This document shows positions 9,210 to 22,671 of a DNA stretch of 64,000 bases, in pieces (the first letter of the stretch is position 1; each line of letters opens with the position of its first letter). Where the stretch lies: the NCBI GenBank assembly GCA_963745025.1, contig CAVUWD010000011.1:608742-672741 (forward strand), read 5' to 3'. The notes under the pieces are model-generated. The model was not told where the DNA came from. It saw only the letters and a program-made list of their open reading frames with translations, and did not search any database. Both the position numbers and the translations under genes were made by a program. Source of the stretch: an uncultured delta proteobacterium. GTDB taxonomy: Bacteria; Desulfobacterota; Binatia; JACPRU01.

Positions 9210-9833
9210 ATGGAAGCGCATGCTCAGACGGTTCGCGAACACCAGCACGCGTGGAGCGGAGAATCCGAGCTGGTCGCGCGATTGCGCGTCGGCGAGGAGG
9301 AGGCCTTTGCCGCGCTAGTCAAGCTCCACGGAGGACGGCTTCTCGCCACCGCGCGGCGGCTTCTCCGCGACGAGAGCGAGGCCGAGGATGCGGTTCAGAA
9401 GACCTTCCTCTCCGCCTTTCAAGCCGTCGACGGCTTCAGCGGGAACTCCCAGCTGTCGACGTGGCTGCATAGCATCGTCGTCAATCATGCGCTGATGAAG
9501 CTCCGCTCGGAGCGCCGCCACCCAGAGCAGCGGTTCGACGAGCTGCTGCCGCAGTTCGACGAGGACGGGCACCGGAGCGGGCCGGTTCGCGATTGGGACG
9601 CCTCCTGCGAGTCGAAGCTCAGCCAACACGAGACTCGTCTCGCCGTTCGCCGGGCGATCGATCGCCTTCCACCGGGTTACCGCAGTGTGATTCTGCTCCG
9701 GGACATCGAGGAGTGGGATACCAACGAAACGGCGGAGGCGATGGGGATCACCGCCGCGGCGGTGAAAATCCGCCTACACCGCGCTCGCCAGGCGCTGCGC
9801 ACCCTGCTCGAACCGACCTTCGCGGATGCGTAA
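9210..9833 (+). CDS. ECF RNA polymerase sigma-70 factor
   Basis: Region 2 AEDAVQKTFLSAF...STWLHSIVVNHALMKLR; region 4 LPPGYRSVILLRDIEEWDTNETAEAMGITAAAVKIRLHRAR; SD GAGGA. Confidence 0.93.
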   Translation: MEAHAQTVREHQHAWSGESELVARLRVGEEEAFAALVKLHGGRLLATARRLLRDESEAEDAVQKTFLSAFQAVDGFSGNSQLSTWLHSIVVNHALMKLRSERRHPEQRFDELLPQFDEDGHRSGPVRDWDASCESKLSQHETRLAVRRAIDRLPPGYRSVILLRDIEEWDTNETAEAMGITAAAVKIRLHRARQALRTLLEPTFADA

Positions 9834-9847
9834 GGTCAATCGAGACT

Positions 9848-10093
9848 CTAGCGTCTTGGCCGACGCGCCTCGAGAATCGCCTCGACGAGCTCCGCGGGGA
9901 CCTCGTCGGTCACCGGCTTGTCCGGGTCCGTGAAGGCGGCTTTGGCGGCGCGGATCGTCAGACGATAGCTTTCGAGATATCGCCGGCAGGGCGGACAAGC
10001 GACGAGGTGTTCGTCGAACTCCGCACCTTTGCTCGGGATCAGCTCCCCGGACAAGTAATCGCTGATGAAGTCGTTCAGCTCACGACAGGTCAT
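9848..10093 (-). CDS. Soluble zf-HC2 (ZAS) anti-sigma factor
   Basis: MTCRELNDFISDYLSGEL...FDEHLVACPPCRRYL (HxxxCxxC); no TM segment; 16 bp downstream of the glucose dehydrogenase stop. Confidence 0.88.
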   Translation of the reverse strand: MTCRELNDFISDYLSGELIPSKGAEFDEHLVACPPCRRYLESYRLTIRAAKAAFTDPDKPVTDEVPAELVEAILEARRPRR

Positions 10094-10109
10094 CGGGTTC
10101 TCTGGCGAC

Positions 10110-11222
10110 TCAAGCAAACCGGATCACGTTCTTGATGCCGCTTGCCTTGCCGAGCAGCAGGTCCTGATAGGCGGCAGTCGGGTAGCGGCCGGTGATCAAG
10201 CCGCGCACCGCCTCCGGCCACCGCCGCATGAAGATCCCGAGATCGCGGATCGCCGCCTCGAACGTCTCGCGGCCGGCGTTCACCGTGCCGAAGACCATCT
10301 GATTCTTGAGCACCAGGTTGCGCATGATCCGATCCGTGTCGACCTCGATCGGCGCCTTCCGTCCCGGCACGCCGGTGAACACGAAGACGCCGTTGGTGCC
10401 GAGCACATTCATCACCTCGAAGGAAACCTGCGACGCGCCCGTCGCCTCGTATACGACGTCGACGTTGCCGATCCTCTCCGGCAGCGACTCGATCGGCGCC
10501 TCGGCGGCCGAGAGGTAGCGCGCGCCGATCGACTTGACGAGATCGGCCTTGGGGTTCGGCTCCGGCTCGCGGGAATAGACCGTGGCTTGGAAGCCTTCCA
10601 CAACGAGGGCCATGGCGCCGAGGAGACCGACCGGCCCCGCGCCGAGCACGAGCGCGCGATGGCAGTGGCCCGCCGGCTCGCCGGGGTGTGCGGGGCAGGT
10701 CCAGGGCAGTCGCTGCTGCACCGCGCGGATCTGAGCCAGCGCCTTCTCGGCGATCGTCAGCGGCTCGACCAGTACTGCGACGTCGCGGAGCTCGCGAGGC
10801 ACAGGGTTCATGTAGCGATCGTCGTCGACGATCACCTCGGTCATAAAGCCATGCGCTTCCTTGATTCCGCGTTCTTGGAAGTCGCCAGTGTAGCAGAAGT
10901 CCTGCCTGTTGGCCTGGCAGGCGACGCAATGAGCGTGCGGGCATGGGCGGCGCACCATCGGGACCACCAGGTCTCCGGGCCGCACGCGTGACGCCCGCGG
11001 GCCGACCTCGACGACCTCGCCGAGCGATTCGTGACCGATGACCAGTTCGTCCGAGCTCGGCGGCGGGGTGCCGTATTCGAAAGCACAGATCTCGCGGTCG
11101 GTGCCGCAGACGCCGACCTCGAGGATACGGACCTTCACTTGGCTCGGATCCGTGATCTTCGGTTCGGGGTGATCGACTAAATCGACGCGACGTCGATCGG
11201 GGGTGACGGCAATGGCTTTCAT
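10110..11222 (-). CDS. gdh: Zn-dependent (MDR-family) glucose 1-dehydrogenase
   Basis: GVCGTDRE, IGHES, VRRPC..C..C...C, ERGI, GAGPVG, GTVNA; archaeal-type GDH pattern. Confidence 0.88.
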   Translation of the reverse strand: MKAIAVTPDRRRVDLVDHPEPKITDPSQVKVRILEVGVCGTDREICAFEYGTPPPSSDELVIGHESLGEVVEVGPRASRVRPGDLVVPMVRRPCPHAHCVACQANRQDFCYTGDFQERGIKEAHGFMTEVIVDDDRYMNPVPRELRDVAVLVEPLTIAEKALAQIRAVQQRLPWTCPAHPGEPAGHCHRALVLGAGPVGLLGAMALVVEGFQATVYSREPEPNPKADLVKSIGARYLSAAEAPIESLPERIGNVDVVYEATGASQVSFEVMNVLGTNGVFVFTGVPGRKAPIEVDTDRIMRNLVLKNQMVFGTVNAGRETFEAAIRDLGIFMRRWPEAVRGLITGRYPTAAYQDLLLGKASGIKNVIRFA

Positions 11223-11230
11223 GCCCTTTG

Positions 11231-11256
11231 GGATGCCGATCTCGCCCGCAAGTTAC
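11231..11256 (-). promoter_or_regulatory. ECF-type promoter, leaderless, for gdh + anti-sigma
   Basis: GTAAC-N16-CATCC-N8-ATG; one of seven related motifs. Confidence 0.65.
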
Positions 11257-11430
11257 GCGGAGGCAGTTTGCCCCGAAACTCTCCCCCCTGAGCGGCATCG
11301 GCGACGACACCGGGCGGATCTGCGGCGGCGATCGCGGCTGCAGTGAGCCATGAAGCGAGCGCGAGAAGACGGAGTCTCATTTGGATCGTTCCTCCCGCGC
11401 GTTTCGATGCCGCACGGCGCCGGCGGTTTC

Positions 11431-11571
11431 TCAGCGCGCCATGAAGTTTTCGGAGATGATCTCGAACCAATCGAGCGCCGGCCAGTGCTCGAGGACATAG
11501 CCGTAATGCTCGCGCCGGAGCCCGATCCCGCACCCGAGCCGAGGAAACGGCGAGATCGCCGGCGCCGTCAT
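11431..11571 (-). pseudogene. DUF692 / MNIO (BufB-like) N-terminal fragment
   Basis: [38 protein letters not shown] then TGA; only 46 codons remain of a normally ~280-aa enzyme. Confidence 0.8.
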
Positions 11572-11613
11572 CCGCTCGATGACACCGGCATTTGACGGGG
11601 CGTGGGGTGGGGA

Positions 11614-11644
11614 GGGCGCCGGGCGAGAGTCGTGCCCGGCGCCC
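11614..11644 (-). terminator. Intercistronic stem-loop after the precursor gene
   Basis: 11-bp perfect inverted repeat GGGCGCCGGGC/GCCCGGCGCCC with a 9-nt loop and no U tract (stabiliser/attenuator rather than a classic terminator). Confidence 0.5.
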
Positions 11645-11656
11645 AGCGGGGTATTC

Positions 11657-11917
11657 TCAATCTTTGACCGTGCCACCCTTGTCCGTGCATTCCTTGGCCG
11701 AAGAGACCTTCGTCAAGCCCTGGCCCTTGCAGGCGTTCTTGCCGGCGCACTCGTGACCCGCGCCCGCGCACGCGCCGTGTCCCTTACAGGCGTTGATGCC
11801 GGTGCACTTCACCTCTTTCGCCTCGCTCTTGCCTTCGTCGGCCGCCCGCGCCGCATTTGCCACGAACAAGCCGGCAACCACCGCCGCGATCAGCGCTCCC
11901 TTCAACGGACTCTTCAT
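11657..11917 (-). CDS. bufA2: Secreted six-Cys RiPP precursor, bufferin BufA2-like
   Basis: Sec signal (ARA cleavage), then [14 protein letters not shown]...[11 protein letters not shown]...EC..KGG; strong SD GAGGAGG; directly upstream of the DUF692 fragment. Confidence 0.8.
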   Translation of the reverse strand: MKSPLKGALIAAVVAGLFVANAARAADEGKSEAKEVKCTGINACKGHGACAGAGHECAGKNACKGQGLTKVSSAKECTDKGGTVKD

Positions 11918-11978
11918 TTCGATCCTCCTCGTTGAATTTTCGGTCCGCGGCTTCCGCGCGGACCGGTTCTATGGCCTT

Positions 11979-12005
11979 GGATGCCCAAGACCACACATCG
12001 GATAC
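11979..12005 (-). promoter_or_regulatory. ECF-type promoter of the bufferin-like precursor
   Basis: GTATC-N17-CATCC, followed by a 9-bp perfect hairpin (11941-11949/11957-11965) and an SD. Confidence 0.55.
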
Positions 12006-12059
12006 ATTCTTAGGGTGCGTTGCCCGGATTCCTTTCGGATGAAACTGCCGCGCGGTGAG

Positions 12060-12257
12060 CGCCTTTCGGCCAGGCACGCCCGTGAAGACGAACACCCCGT
12101 TGGTGCCGAGCACCTTCATGACCTCGAAGGAGACGCGCGAGGCGACGTAGCGCACGCCGATCGACTTCACGAGATCGGCCTTCGGGCTGGGCTCGGGCTC
12201 GCGCGAATAGACGTGCGTGACGAATCCATCGGCGGCGAGCACCATGGCGCCGAGCAT
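12060..12257 (-). pseudogene. Internally deleted fragment of a second glucose dehydrogenase
   Basis: MLGAMVLAADGFVTHVYSREPEPSPKADLVKSIGVRYV|ASRVSFEVMKVLGTNGVFVFTGVPGRKA aligns to the 10110-11222 protein with a ~25-aa gap. Confidence 0.85.
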
Positions 12258-12258
12258 G

Positions 12259-12385
12259 CTCGTTGCCGAGCAGGACGCCACGCCGTGGCCAGCATCCGGC
12301 CGCATTCGCGGCGTACCAGTGCTGCGAACGCCTCCTCGTCGCCGCGTCGCAGCCCGTCGATCAGCTCGTCCTGGACCGCCGAACC
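12259..12385 (-). pseudogene. N-terminal fragment of a second ECF sigma factor, paralogous to 9210-9833
   Basis: Manual translation QDELIDGLRRGDEEAFAALVRRECGRMLATAWR(fs)LLGNE versus ESELVARLRVGEEEAFAALVKLHGGRLLATARRLLRDE. Confidence 0.75.
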
Positions 12386-12422
12386 ATCTTGGCCGCGAAA
12401 TCTTGGCCGCGAAATTCTGCGG
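12386..12422. repeat. 14-bp tandem repeat overlapping a UAS-like palindrome
   Basis: ATCTTGGCCGCGAA x2 (12386-12413) merging into CCGCGAAATTCTGCGG, immediately after the activator stop codon. Confidence 0.7.
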
Positions 12423-12424
12423 AT

Positions 12425-14371
<1,947 letters not shown>

Positions 14372-14428
14372 CTTCGTCCATGATGGCACATCGGGACGGC
14401 GGTCGACCACGGAGGCTGGGGCCCCAGC

Positions 14429-17213
<2,785 letters not shown>

Positions 17214-17234
17214 GTTGCGATTCCTATCAGTCGC

Positions 17235-18875
17235 CTAGTGTAGGAAGTTTCCGGCGACGACTTGCTCTCCCGCATTCGACCGTGTGCGAGCGTCCATCAC
17301 CGCCTCGAAATTTCGGCGCAGCTCGGGAAGGGCAGCGACCAGCGCAGCGAATTCCCGTTTCGGCAGGCTGAGCGCGGTCATCGCTTCCGTGCAGCGGATG
17401 GTCGCGCCCCGCACGGTCTCGTTGAGCAATGCCATCTCGCCGAAGAACTGGCCGGCACCGAGCTCGGCGAGCCGAATCCCCGGCCCGCCTTCTTCGCGCA
17501 CTGCCTCGGCCTTGCCGCTTTGGATGATGTAGATCCGGTCGCCGAGGTCGCCCTGGCGGAAGACTTCCTGACCCGGCTCGAAGTGCTCCTTGGAGACTCC
17601 CGCGGAGCCAGTGAACTTGAGCTCGATGAGCTCGGGTGGCAGCAAGAGGTCGAGCGTCCAGGAAGTCGCCACCTTGAGCCGGCGCCCCCATCCCGGGAGC
17701 TTCATTAGGTAGATCGTTCGCCACATCCACCAGGCGAGAAAGCCCGAGATGTTGAAGCCGAAAATCTCGGCGACGGCGGAGCGGTGCCCGAGCGAGCCCA
17801 TCTTGCCGAGACCTTTGAAGTCGAAGGTGCTAGGCTCGCCGCCGCGGATTGCGGCGACGATGTTATGGGCCGCCGCTCGTGCTTGGCGGATCGCGTGCTG
17901 GGCGGTTGGGGGCGAGAAGCCTCCCTCCGGCGCCGGCACCTGGGCGCAGTCACCGAGCGCCCAGACGTCTTGTCGTCCCTCGACGCGTAGGCAACGATCG
18001 GCGATGAGCCGTCCGTTCTTCGTCTTAGGAAGCGCGAGCGCCTCGATCAGCGGATGCGGCGAGCTCGGTACCGTCGACACGAGCGTACGGGTCGGGATGC
18101 GCTCGCCGCCCGCGAGCACCGCCTCTTCGCCGGTCGCCGCTTCGAGCCTGGTGTTGAGCCGGATCTCAACGCCCCGCTTGGCAAGGATCTTCTGCGCGAA
18201 GCGGCCGAGCTTCTCGGTGACCTCCGGCAGAATGCGGTCCTGGGAGTGGACCAGCACGACGCGGATCTCTTTCGGGTCGAGGCCGCGGTAGTTGCGTGCC
18301 ACCCGGCGTACGAAATCGTTGAGCTCGGCCGCGACCTCCACGCCGGAGAATCCGCCGCCGGCGACGACGAAGGTGAGGAGCTGGCGGCGGAGCATGGGAT
18401 CGTCGTCCTCGATCGCTGCCTCCTCGAGAGCGCGAATGACGCGACTGCGCAGCAGCAGCGCGTCGGCGAGGTTTTTGAAGGGCATCGCGTGCTCGGGAAG
18501 CCCGCGCAGGCCGCGGAAGTCGGTGACGTTGCCGAGCGCGAGGACGAGGTGATCGTACTCGATGGCGTGCGGGTGTGGGCGGAATCCCGGGCTGGTCATC
18601 ACCACCTTGCGCGCGAGGTCGATCGATTGCACATCGCGCACGTGGATCGCTGTGCGCGGCAGGAGCCGGCGGAGAGGGCTCACGGTGTCGGTGAGGCCGA
18701 TCGAACTCGAGACCACCTCGGCCAGCATCGGCTGGAAGACGAAGTAGTTCTCCTTGGCTACGAGGGCGATCTCGAAGTCGTCGCGGCGCCCGAGCGCCTT
18801 CTCTAGGGACTGTGCGGCGTAGACCCCCGCAAACCCACCACCGAGAATCAGGACACGCTTGCGAATGGAGCTCAT
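17235..18875 (-). CDS. ndh: Type II NADH dehydrogenase-family flavoprotein with C-terminal cNMP-binding domain
   Basis: [39 protein letters not shown]; tail [14 protein letters not shown]...FFGEMALL...RGATIRC. Start at MSSIRK (18875). Confidence 0.88.
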   Translation of the reverse strand: MSSIRKRVLILGGGFAGVYAAQSLEKALGRRDDFEIALVAKENYFVFQPMLAEVVSSSIGLTDTVSPLRRLLPRTAIHVRDVQSIDLARKVVMTSPGFRPHPHAIEYDHLVLALGNVTDFRGLRGLPEHAMPFKNLADALLLRSRVIRALEEAAIEDDDPMLRRQLLTFVVAGGGFSGVEVAAELNDFVRRVARNYRGLDPKEIRVVLVHSQDRILPEVTEKLGRFAQKILAKRGVEIRLNTRLEAATGEEAVLAGGERIPTRTLVSTVPSSPHPLIEALALPKTKNGRLIADRCLRVEGRQDVWALGDCAQVPAPEGGFSPPTAQHAIRQARAAAHNIVAAIRGGEPSTFDFKGLGKMGSLGHRSAVAEIFGFNISGFLAWWMWRTIYLMKLPGWGRRLKVATSWTLDLLLPPELIELKFTGSAGVSKEHFEPGQEVFRQGDLGDRIYIIQSGKAEAVREEGGPGIRLAELGAGQFFGEMALLNETVRGATIRCTEAMTALSLPKREFAALVAALPELRRNFEAVMDARTRSNAGEQVVAGNFLH

Positions 18876-18883
18876 GCTGGGTT

Positions 18884-18909
18884 GGATGCCGCTCCGCTCG
18901 TCCCGTTTC
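18884..18909 (-). promoter_or_regulatory. ECF-type promoter, leaderless, for NDH-2-cNMP
   Basis: GAAAC-N16-CATCC-N8-ATG. Confidence 0.65.
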
Positions 18910-19231
18910 AGGCTGAGAGCCGCATCCTCGCAAGCGCCCGAAGACCGCCACTTTGCTCGAAGCCGAGCTCGATCCGAAGCTCTTCGGCATCGTCGACCAG
19001 CTGCTCGAGTGGCAACGTCTCGAGCAGTGGCCGGCCCGAGCCGCCGTTGCCGCGATGGTCGTAGTAGACCAGTCGGAGCACGTCGCCGAGCGGATCGAGC
19101 CACTCCCGGAACTGCGTGTGATCGACGCCGAGCCCTCCGTGCATCACCAGGCAGGGTGTTCCCGCGCCCATCTCGACGTAGCGGAGGCGCGTGCCGTTCA
19201 CTTCGGCGTAGCGAATCTCAACCTCGTTCAT
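18908..19231 (-). pseudogene. Alpha/beta hydrolase (proline-iminopeptidase-like) N-terminal fragment
   Basis: LVMHGGLG, LVYYDHRGNGGS; ends before the G-x-S-x-G nucleophile; ATGA overlap with the VOC gene. Confidence 0.75.
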
Positions 19232-20262
19232 GGCTCGGTCAACTGCATGACGTGGCCATCGGGATCGCCGACGCCGACGGCGCGGTGGAAGCCGAGCTCT
19301 CCCCCGGGGGTCTCGACCTTTCCAGGCGAGACGAGCGTTCGCCCGCGAAGCGCGCTTGCCACGCGCGAGGCGTCGCCGGTCACGAGGCGGGTCTGCCAGT
19401 GCGCGAGGTCGTTGGCACGGAGGTCGGAAGGCGCCGGGCGGCCGTCGCGTGGCGCCATGTACTCGAGGAGCTCAATGCCGGGGCCTGCCGCCGCGCGCAG
19501 GCCGGTGATGCGCAGGCGAGCGCCGAACACGTTGTTCAGGTGCTCCTGCTCGGTTCCGAAGTTCTCGCTCTCCCCGGCGACACGGAAGCCTAGCGTGTCG
19601 CGGTAGAAGCCGAGGCTCCGCTCGGTGTCGGCGACAACGATCGCCGTGTGATCGATGCCGAGGAAGAGTTGGTCAGTCTTGCGGTGCCACTTCTCGGCGC
19701 CCTTGTCAGGCGGGAATTGCAATATCTCGAGCGGATGGCCGTCGGGGTCCTTGAAGTAGAAGGCGCGAATGCCGGCGGCGTTCGGAATCGTCTTCGGCAG
19801 GAGCTGCGGGCCGGAGGAGGCATATTCGACCTTGTGCTCACGCAGATGCTCGTAGGCGCGATCCATGTCGGAGACGATGATCGCCACGTGCTGGAACCAG
19901 CGGTCGTTGCTTCGCGAGTCGGGAGGGATCGGCCGCCCGCGCGGGGCGAGGTACTCGGTGAGCTCGAGCGACTCGTCGCCGAGCCGCATGCCGACGACGC
20001 GCATGCGCAGGCCGAACACGCCCTCGAGATGCTCGTAGTCGGGGCCCGCGAGCTCGACGTCCGAGACCTTCTCGAACGTCAGCACGTTGGAGAAGAAGTC
20101 GACCGAGCGATCCATGTCCGACACGGTCATGCCGACGACGCCGACGCCACTGACGAGCGCCGGACCAACCGCACCCTCACCCCACGCCAGCCCACCGCCG
20201 GCGACCGGCGTCAGGAGCAAAAGCACGGGCAGCAGCCGAAGCAGAGCGAGCCTACGGATCAT
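19228..20262 (-). CDS. Secreted VOC (glyoxalase/bleomycin-resistance fold) protein with tandem domains
   Basis: Signal peptide MIRRLALLRLL..., VSDMDRSVDFF, QHVAIIVSD, DPDGHPLE, IDHTAIVV, DPDGHVM. Confidence 0.88.
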   Translation of the reverse strand: MIRRLALLRLLPVLLLLTPVAGGGLAWGEGAVGPALVSGVGVVGMTVSDMDRSVDFFSNVLTFEKVSDVELAGPDYEHLEGVFGLRMRVVGMRLGDESLELTEYLAPRGRPIPPDSRSNDRWFQHVAIIVSDMDRAYEHLREHKVEYASSGPQLLPKTIPNAAGIRAFYFKDPDGHPLEILQFPPDKGAEKWHRKTDQLFLGIDHTAIVVADTERSLGFYRDTLGFRVAGESENFGTEQEHLNNVFGARLRITGLRAAAGPGIELLEYMAPRDGRPAPSDLRANDLAHWQTRLVTGDASRVASALRGRTLVSPGKVETPGGELGFHRAVGVGDPDGHVMQLTEP

Positions 20263-20269
20263 GGCCCTT

Positions 20270-20295
20270 GGATGCAGCGGGGCGGCTTCGGTTTC
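20270..20295 (-). promoter_or_regulatory. ECF-type promoter, leaderless, for the VOC gene
   Basis: GAAAC-N16-CATCC-N7-ATG. Confidence 0.65.
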
Positions 20296-20469
20296 CGCGC
20301 CAACGCCGAGCAAGCGCTCGCGCCGCTTCGAGAAGGCGGTATAGGATGTTGTCTGTGAAGCTCGGATTGCGCGTGAGCGCCAGATGATCGCCGACGCTGA
20401 ACGTGGCGCTGCAGGCCACGATCAAGGGCGAAATCGCGACCGAGCCAACGCTGAGGAGGACGTACCCCA

Positions 20470-20786
20470 CTTGATTACGGGAACGCCGCCGCGCCGGCTC
20501 GGGCGGCGGAAGATGGCGGCCGTGCGCGCCTTGCCGATGCCCACCTCCACGCTGGCGACCTGCGTGTCGTCGAGCCGGTAGACGACGATCGGGTAACCGC
20601 CGTCGTCGACCACGACGATGACCACAGTCGAACCGCGCTTCTTGGCCTCGACTTCGGCCGCGGCAACGATCTTCCGCGCCGACTCGAACGTCAACACCTT
20701 CTTGAGGGTCTGGCGGCCGCGGATTGGGTTCCGAACGTCAGCGAGAGAACCAGAGCGGGGAAGACGAGCAGAGCGCGTGTCGTCAT
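20470..20786 (-). pseudogene. GlcG/HbpS (DUF336) heme-binding protein, frameshifted and internally deleted
   Basis: Signal peptide MTTRALLVFPALVLS... frameshifts into KKVLTFESARKIVAAA...VVDDGG...IGKARTAAIFRRPS|RGGVPVI. Confidence 0.75.
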
Positions 20787-20798
20787 CGAGGGTCCCTC

Positions 20799-22370
20799 TC
20801 AGCCGAGCCGCTCGGCGATCCGGTCGGCGACACGGAGCGCGTTGGCGACGATGGTCAGCGCCGGATTCACCGCCGCGCTCGAGGGGAAGAAGCTCCCGTC
20901 GACGACGTAGAGGTTGTCGAGCTCGTGCGCCTTGCAGCTCGGGTCCAGCGCCGAGGTTTTCGGATCGTGGCCGAAGCGGACGGTGCCGTTCTGATGCGCC
21001 ACGCCCGCCAGCGGGATGCGTTGGCCGAGGAAGAGATTGCGGGAGAAGAGGCCCTGGTGACATTCGTGTCCGTGCTCGCGGCACTTCGTCTGCTGCTTCA
21101 GCAGGCTTTCGAGCTTGGCGATCAGCCGCTTGTGCCCCTCCTCGTTGTTCGGCTGGTAGCTGAGGACGATGTTGCCCTCGCGGTCGAGGGTCACCCGGTT
21201 CTGCGGATCAGGCAGATCTTCGGAAGTAAGCCAGAAGTCGAGCGAGTGCTTGGCCATCAAGTCGAGCGTGAAGCCGGGAGCGAGCGCCGGTGCTCCCGCT
21301 TTGAGGGTGACGCCGTCGAGCTTGCCGACGAATGAAATGTGTCCCATCGGGTGAGGCCATTCAGGCGAGCCGAAATAGAAGTCGTTGAGCGCTAGCGTCT
21401 TCTGAAAGACTGTCGGATTCGGACACTTGGAGACGGCCATGAGCACGGAGTTGACGTGTCCCATGTAGTGGCGGCCGACGACGTCAGAGCCGTTGGCGAG
21501 GCCGCGGGGATGCTTCTCGTTCGTCGAGCGGAGCAATAGCGCCGCCGAGTTGATCGCACCGGCGGAGACGACGACGATGTTCGCCGAGTAGGTCTCCGTC
21601 ACTCCCTCGCGGCGGACCACGACCTCGGTCACCTCTCGGCCCGAAGCGCTGGTCTCGAGCCGCTCGACGGTTGCATTGGTCGCGAGACTCACGTTCGGGT
21701 GCTCGAGCGCCGGGTCGACGCACAGCACCTGGGCGTCGGCTTTGGCGTAGACGAGACAGGGAAAGCCGTCGCAGGTGTCGCACCGAATGCACTTGCTCGC
21801 GCGGCTGTTCTTCTCGTCGAGCTGTATACCGAGCGGCACATGGAACGGCCTGAGACCCTGCTTCGCGAAGTCGTCCGCGAGCTGCTGGATGCGCGGTTCG
21901 TGGCTGATCGGCGGGTGCGGGTAGGGCCCGCTCGCGGGGGGATCCACGGGATCGACGCCGCGCTCCCCGTGCACGTGGTACAAGCGCTCCGCCTCTAGAT
22001 AGTAGGGCTCGAGCTCATCATAGGAAATCGGCCACGCCGGGGAGATGCCGCCGTGGTGACGGACCTCACCGAAGTCTGCCTGGCGCAAGCGGAACAGAGC
22101 CGCACCGTAGAACTTGGTATTGCCGCCGACATAGTAGTTCGTGTGCGGATGGAGCGGCTTCCCATCCGCGTCGCGCCAGACCTCTTTGGTCTGATAGTGC
22201 CCCTCCACGTTCACGGCGCGGGAATTCCAGTTCTCCTTCTCCCGCGGCACGTAGTCCCCTCGCTCCAGGATGAAGATGCGCTTCCCGCTCGACGCCAGCC
22301 GGTGGGCGAGAGTTCCGCCCCCTGCCCCGCTGCCGATGATGATGACGTCGTAATGATTGTTGGCTGACAT
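20799..22370 (-). CDS. GMC-family oxidoreductase (with CxxCxxC insert)
   Basis: YDVIIIGSGAGGG, VGGNTKFYGA, CIRCDTCDGFPC, SAGAINS, AHQNGT, VVDGSFFPSSAAVNPALT; SD AGGAG before MSANN. Confidence 0.92.
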   Translation of the reverse strand: MSANNHYDVIIIGSGAGGGTLAHRLASSGKRIFILERGDYVPREKENWNSRAVNVEGHYQTKEVWRDADGKPLHPHTNYYVGGNTKFYGAALFRLRQADFGEVRHHGGISPAWPISYDELEPYYLEAERLYHVHGERGVDPVDPPASGPYPHPPISHEPRIQQLADDFAKQGLRPFHVPLGIQLDEKNSRASKCIRCDTCDGFPCLVYAKADAQVLCVDPALEHPNVSLATNATVERLETSASGREVTEVVVRREGVTETYSANIVVVSAGAINSAALLLRSTNEKHPRGLANGSDVVGRHYMGHVNSVLMAVSKCPNPTVFQKTLALNDFYFGSPEWPHPMGHISFVGKLDGVTLKAGAPALAPGFTLDLMAKHSLDFWLTSEDLPDPQNRVTLDREGNIVLSYQPNNEEGHKRLIAKLESLLKQQTKCREHGHECHQGLFSRNLFLGQRIPLAGVAHQNGTVRFGHDPKTSALDPSCKAHELDNLYVVDGSFFPSSAAVNPALTIVANALRVADRIAERLG

Positions 22371-22390
22371 CGGAGTTCTCCTGCTCGGCT

Positions 22391-22567
22391 TCAGATCGGA
22401 GGCTCGAGGATCGACCACGGGAAGTCCGGCCCGACTTCGCCCGGAGACTCCATTGGCGTGATCCGCTCGAGCAAAGCGCCAACATTCTCGACGAGTAGCA
22501 GGATGACAACGAGCCACGCCGCCCCGATCAGGCGTCCCCGCCGTTGATTCGTTCGAGTCTCTCGCAT
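22391..22567 (-). CDS. Small (58 aa) single-TM hypothetical protein
   Basis: MRETRTNQRRGRLIGAAWLVVILLLVENVGALL...; the ATG lies 8 nt after an ECF-type -10, and the stop lies just before the GMC SD. Confidence 0.5.
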   Translation of the reverse strand: MRETRTNQRRGRLIGAAWLVVILLLVENVGALLERITPMESPGEVGPDFPWSILEPPI

Positions 22568-22575
22568 GCCGGTTT

Positions 22576-22650
22576 GGATGCCGGTCGGCTCGGAGCGTTT
22601 CATGCATTGGACCCTCTGAAATCGAAACCGGGCGATCCCGAAGAGCATCT
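22576..22650. promoter_or_regulatory. Back-to-back pair of ECF-type promoters
   Basis: Minus: GAAAC(22601-22597)-N16-CATCC-N8-ATG. Plus: GAAAC(22624-28)-N17-CATCT, then SD GGAGG and GTG 22672. Confidence 0.65.
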
Positions 22651-22671
22651 ATCGAGTCGGAGGCGCACACG

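Noticed and set aside
12386-12413. Tandem repeat as a possible CRISPR or iteron
   Set aside because: Only two adjacent 14-bp units, no spacers, no cas or rep gene. No CRISPR array was seen anywhere in the window.
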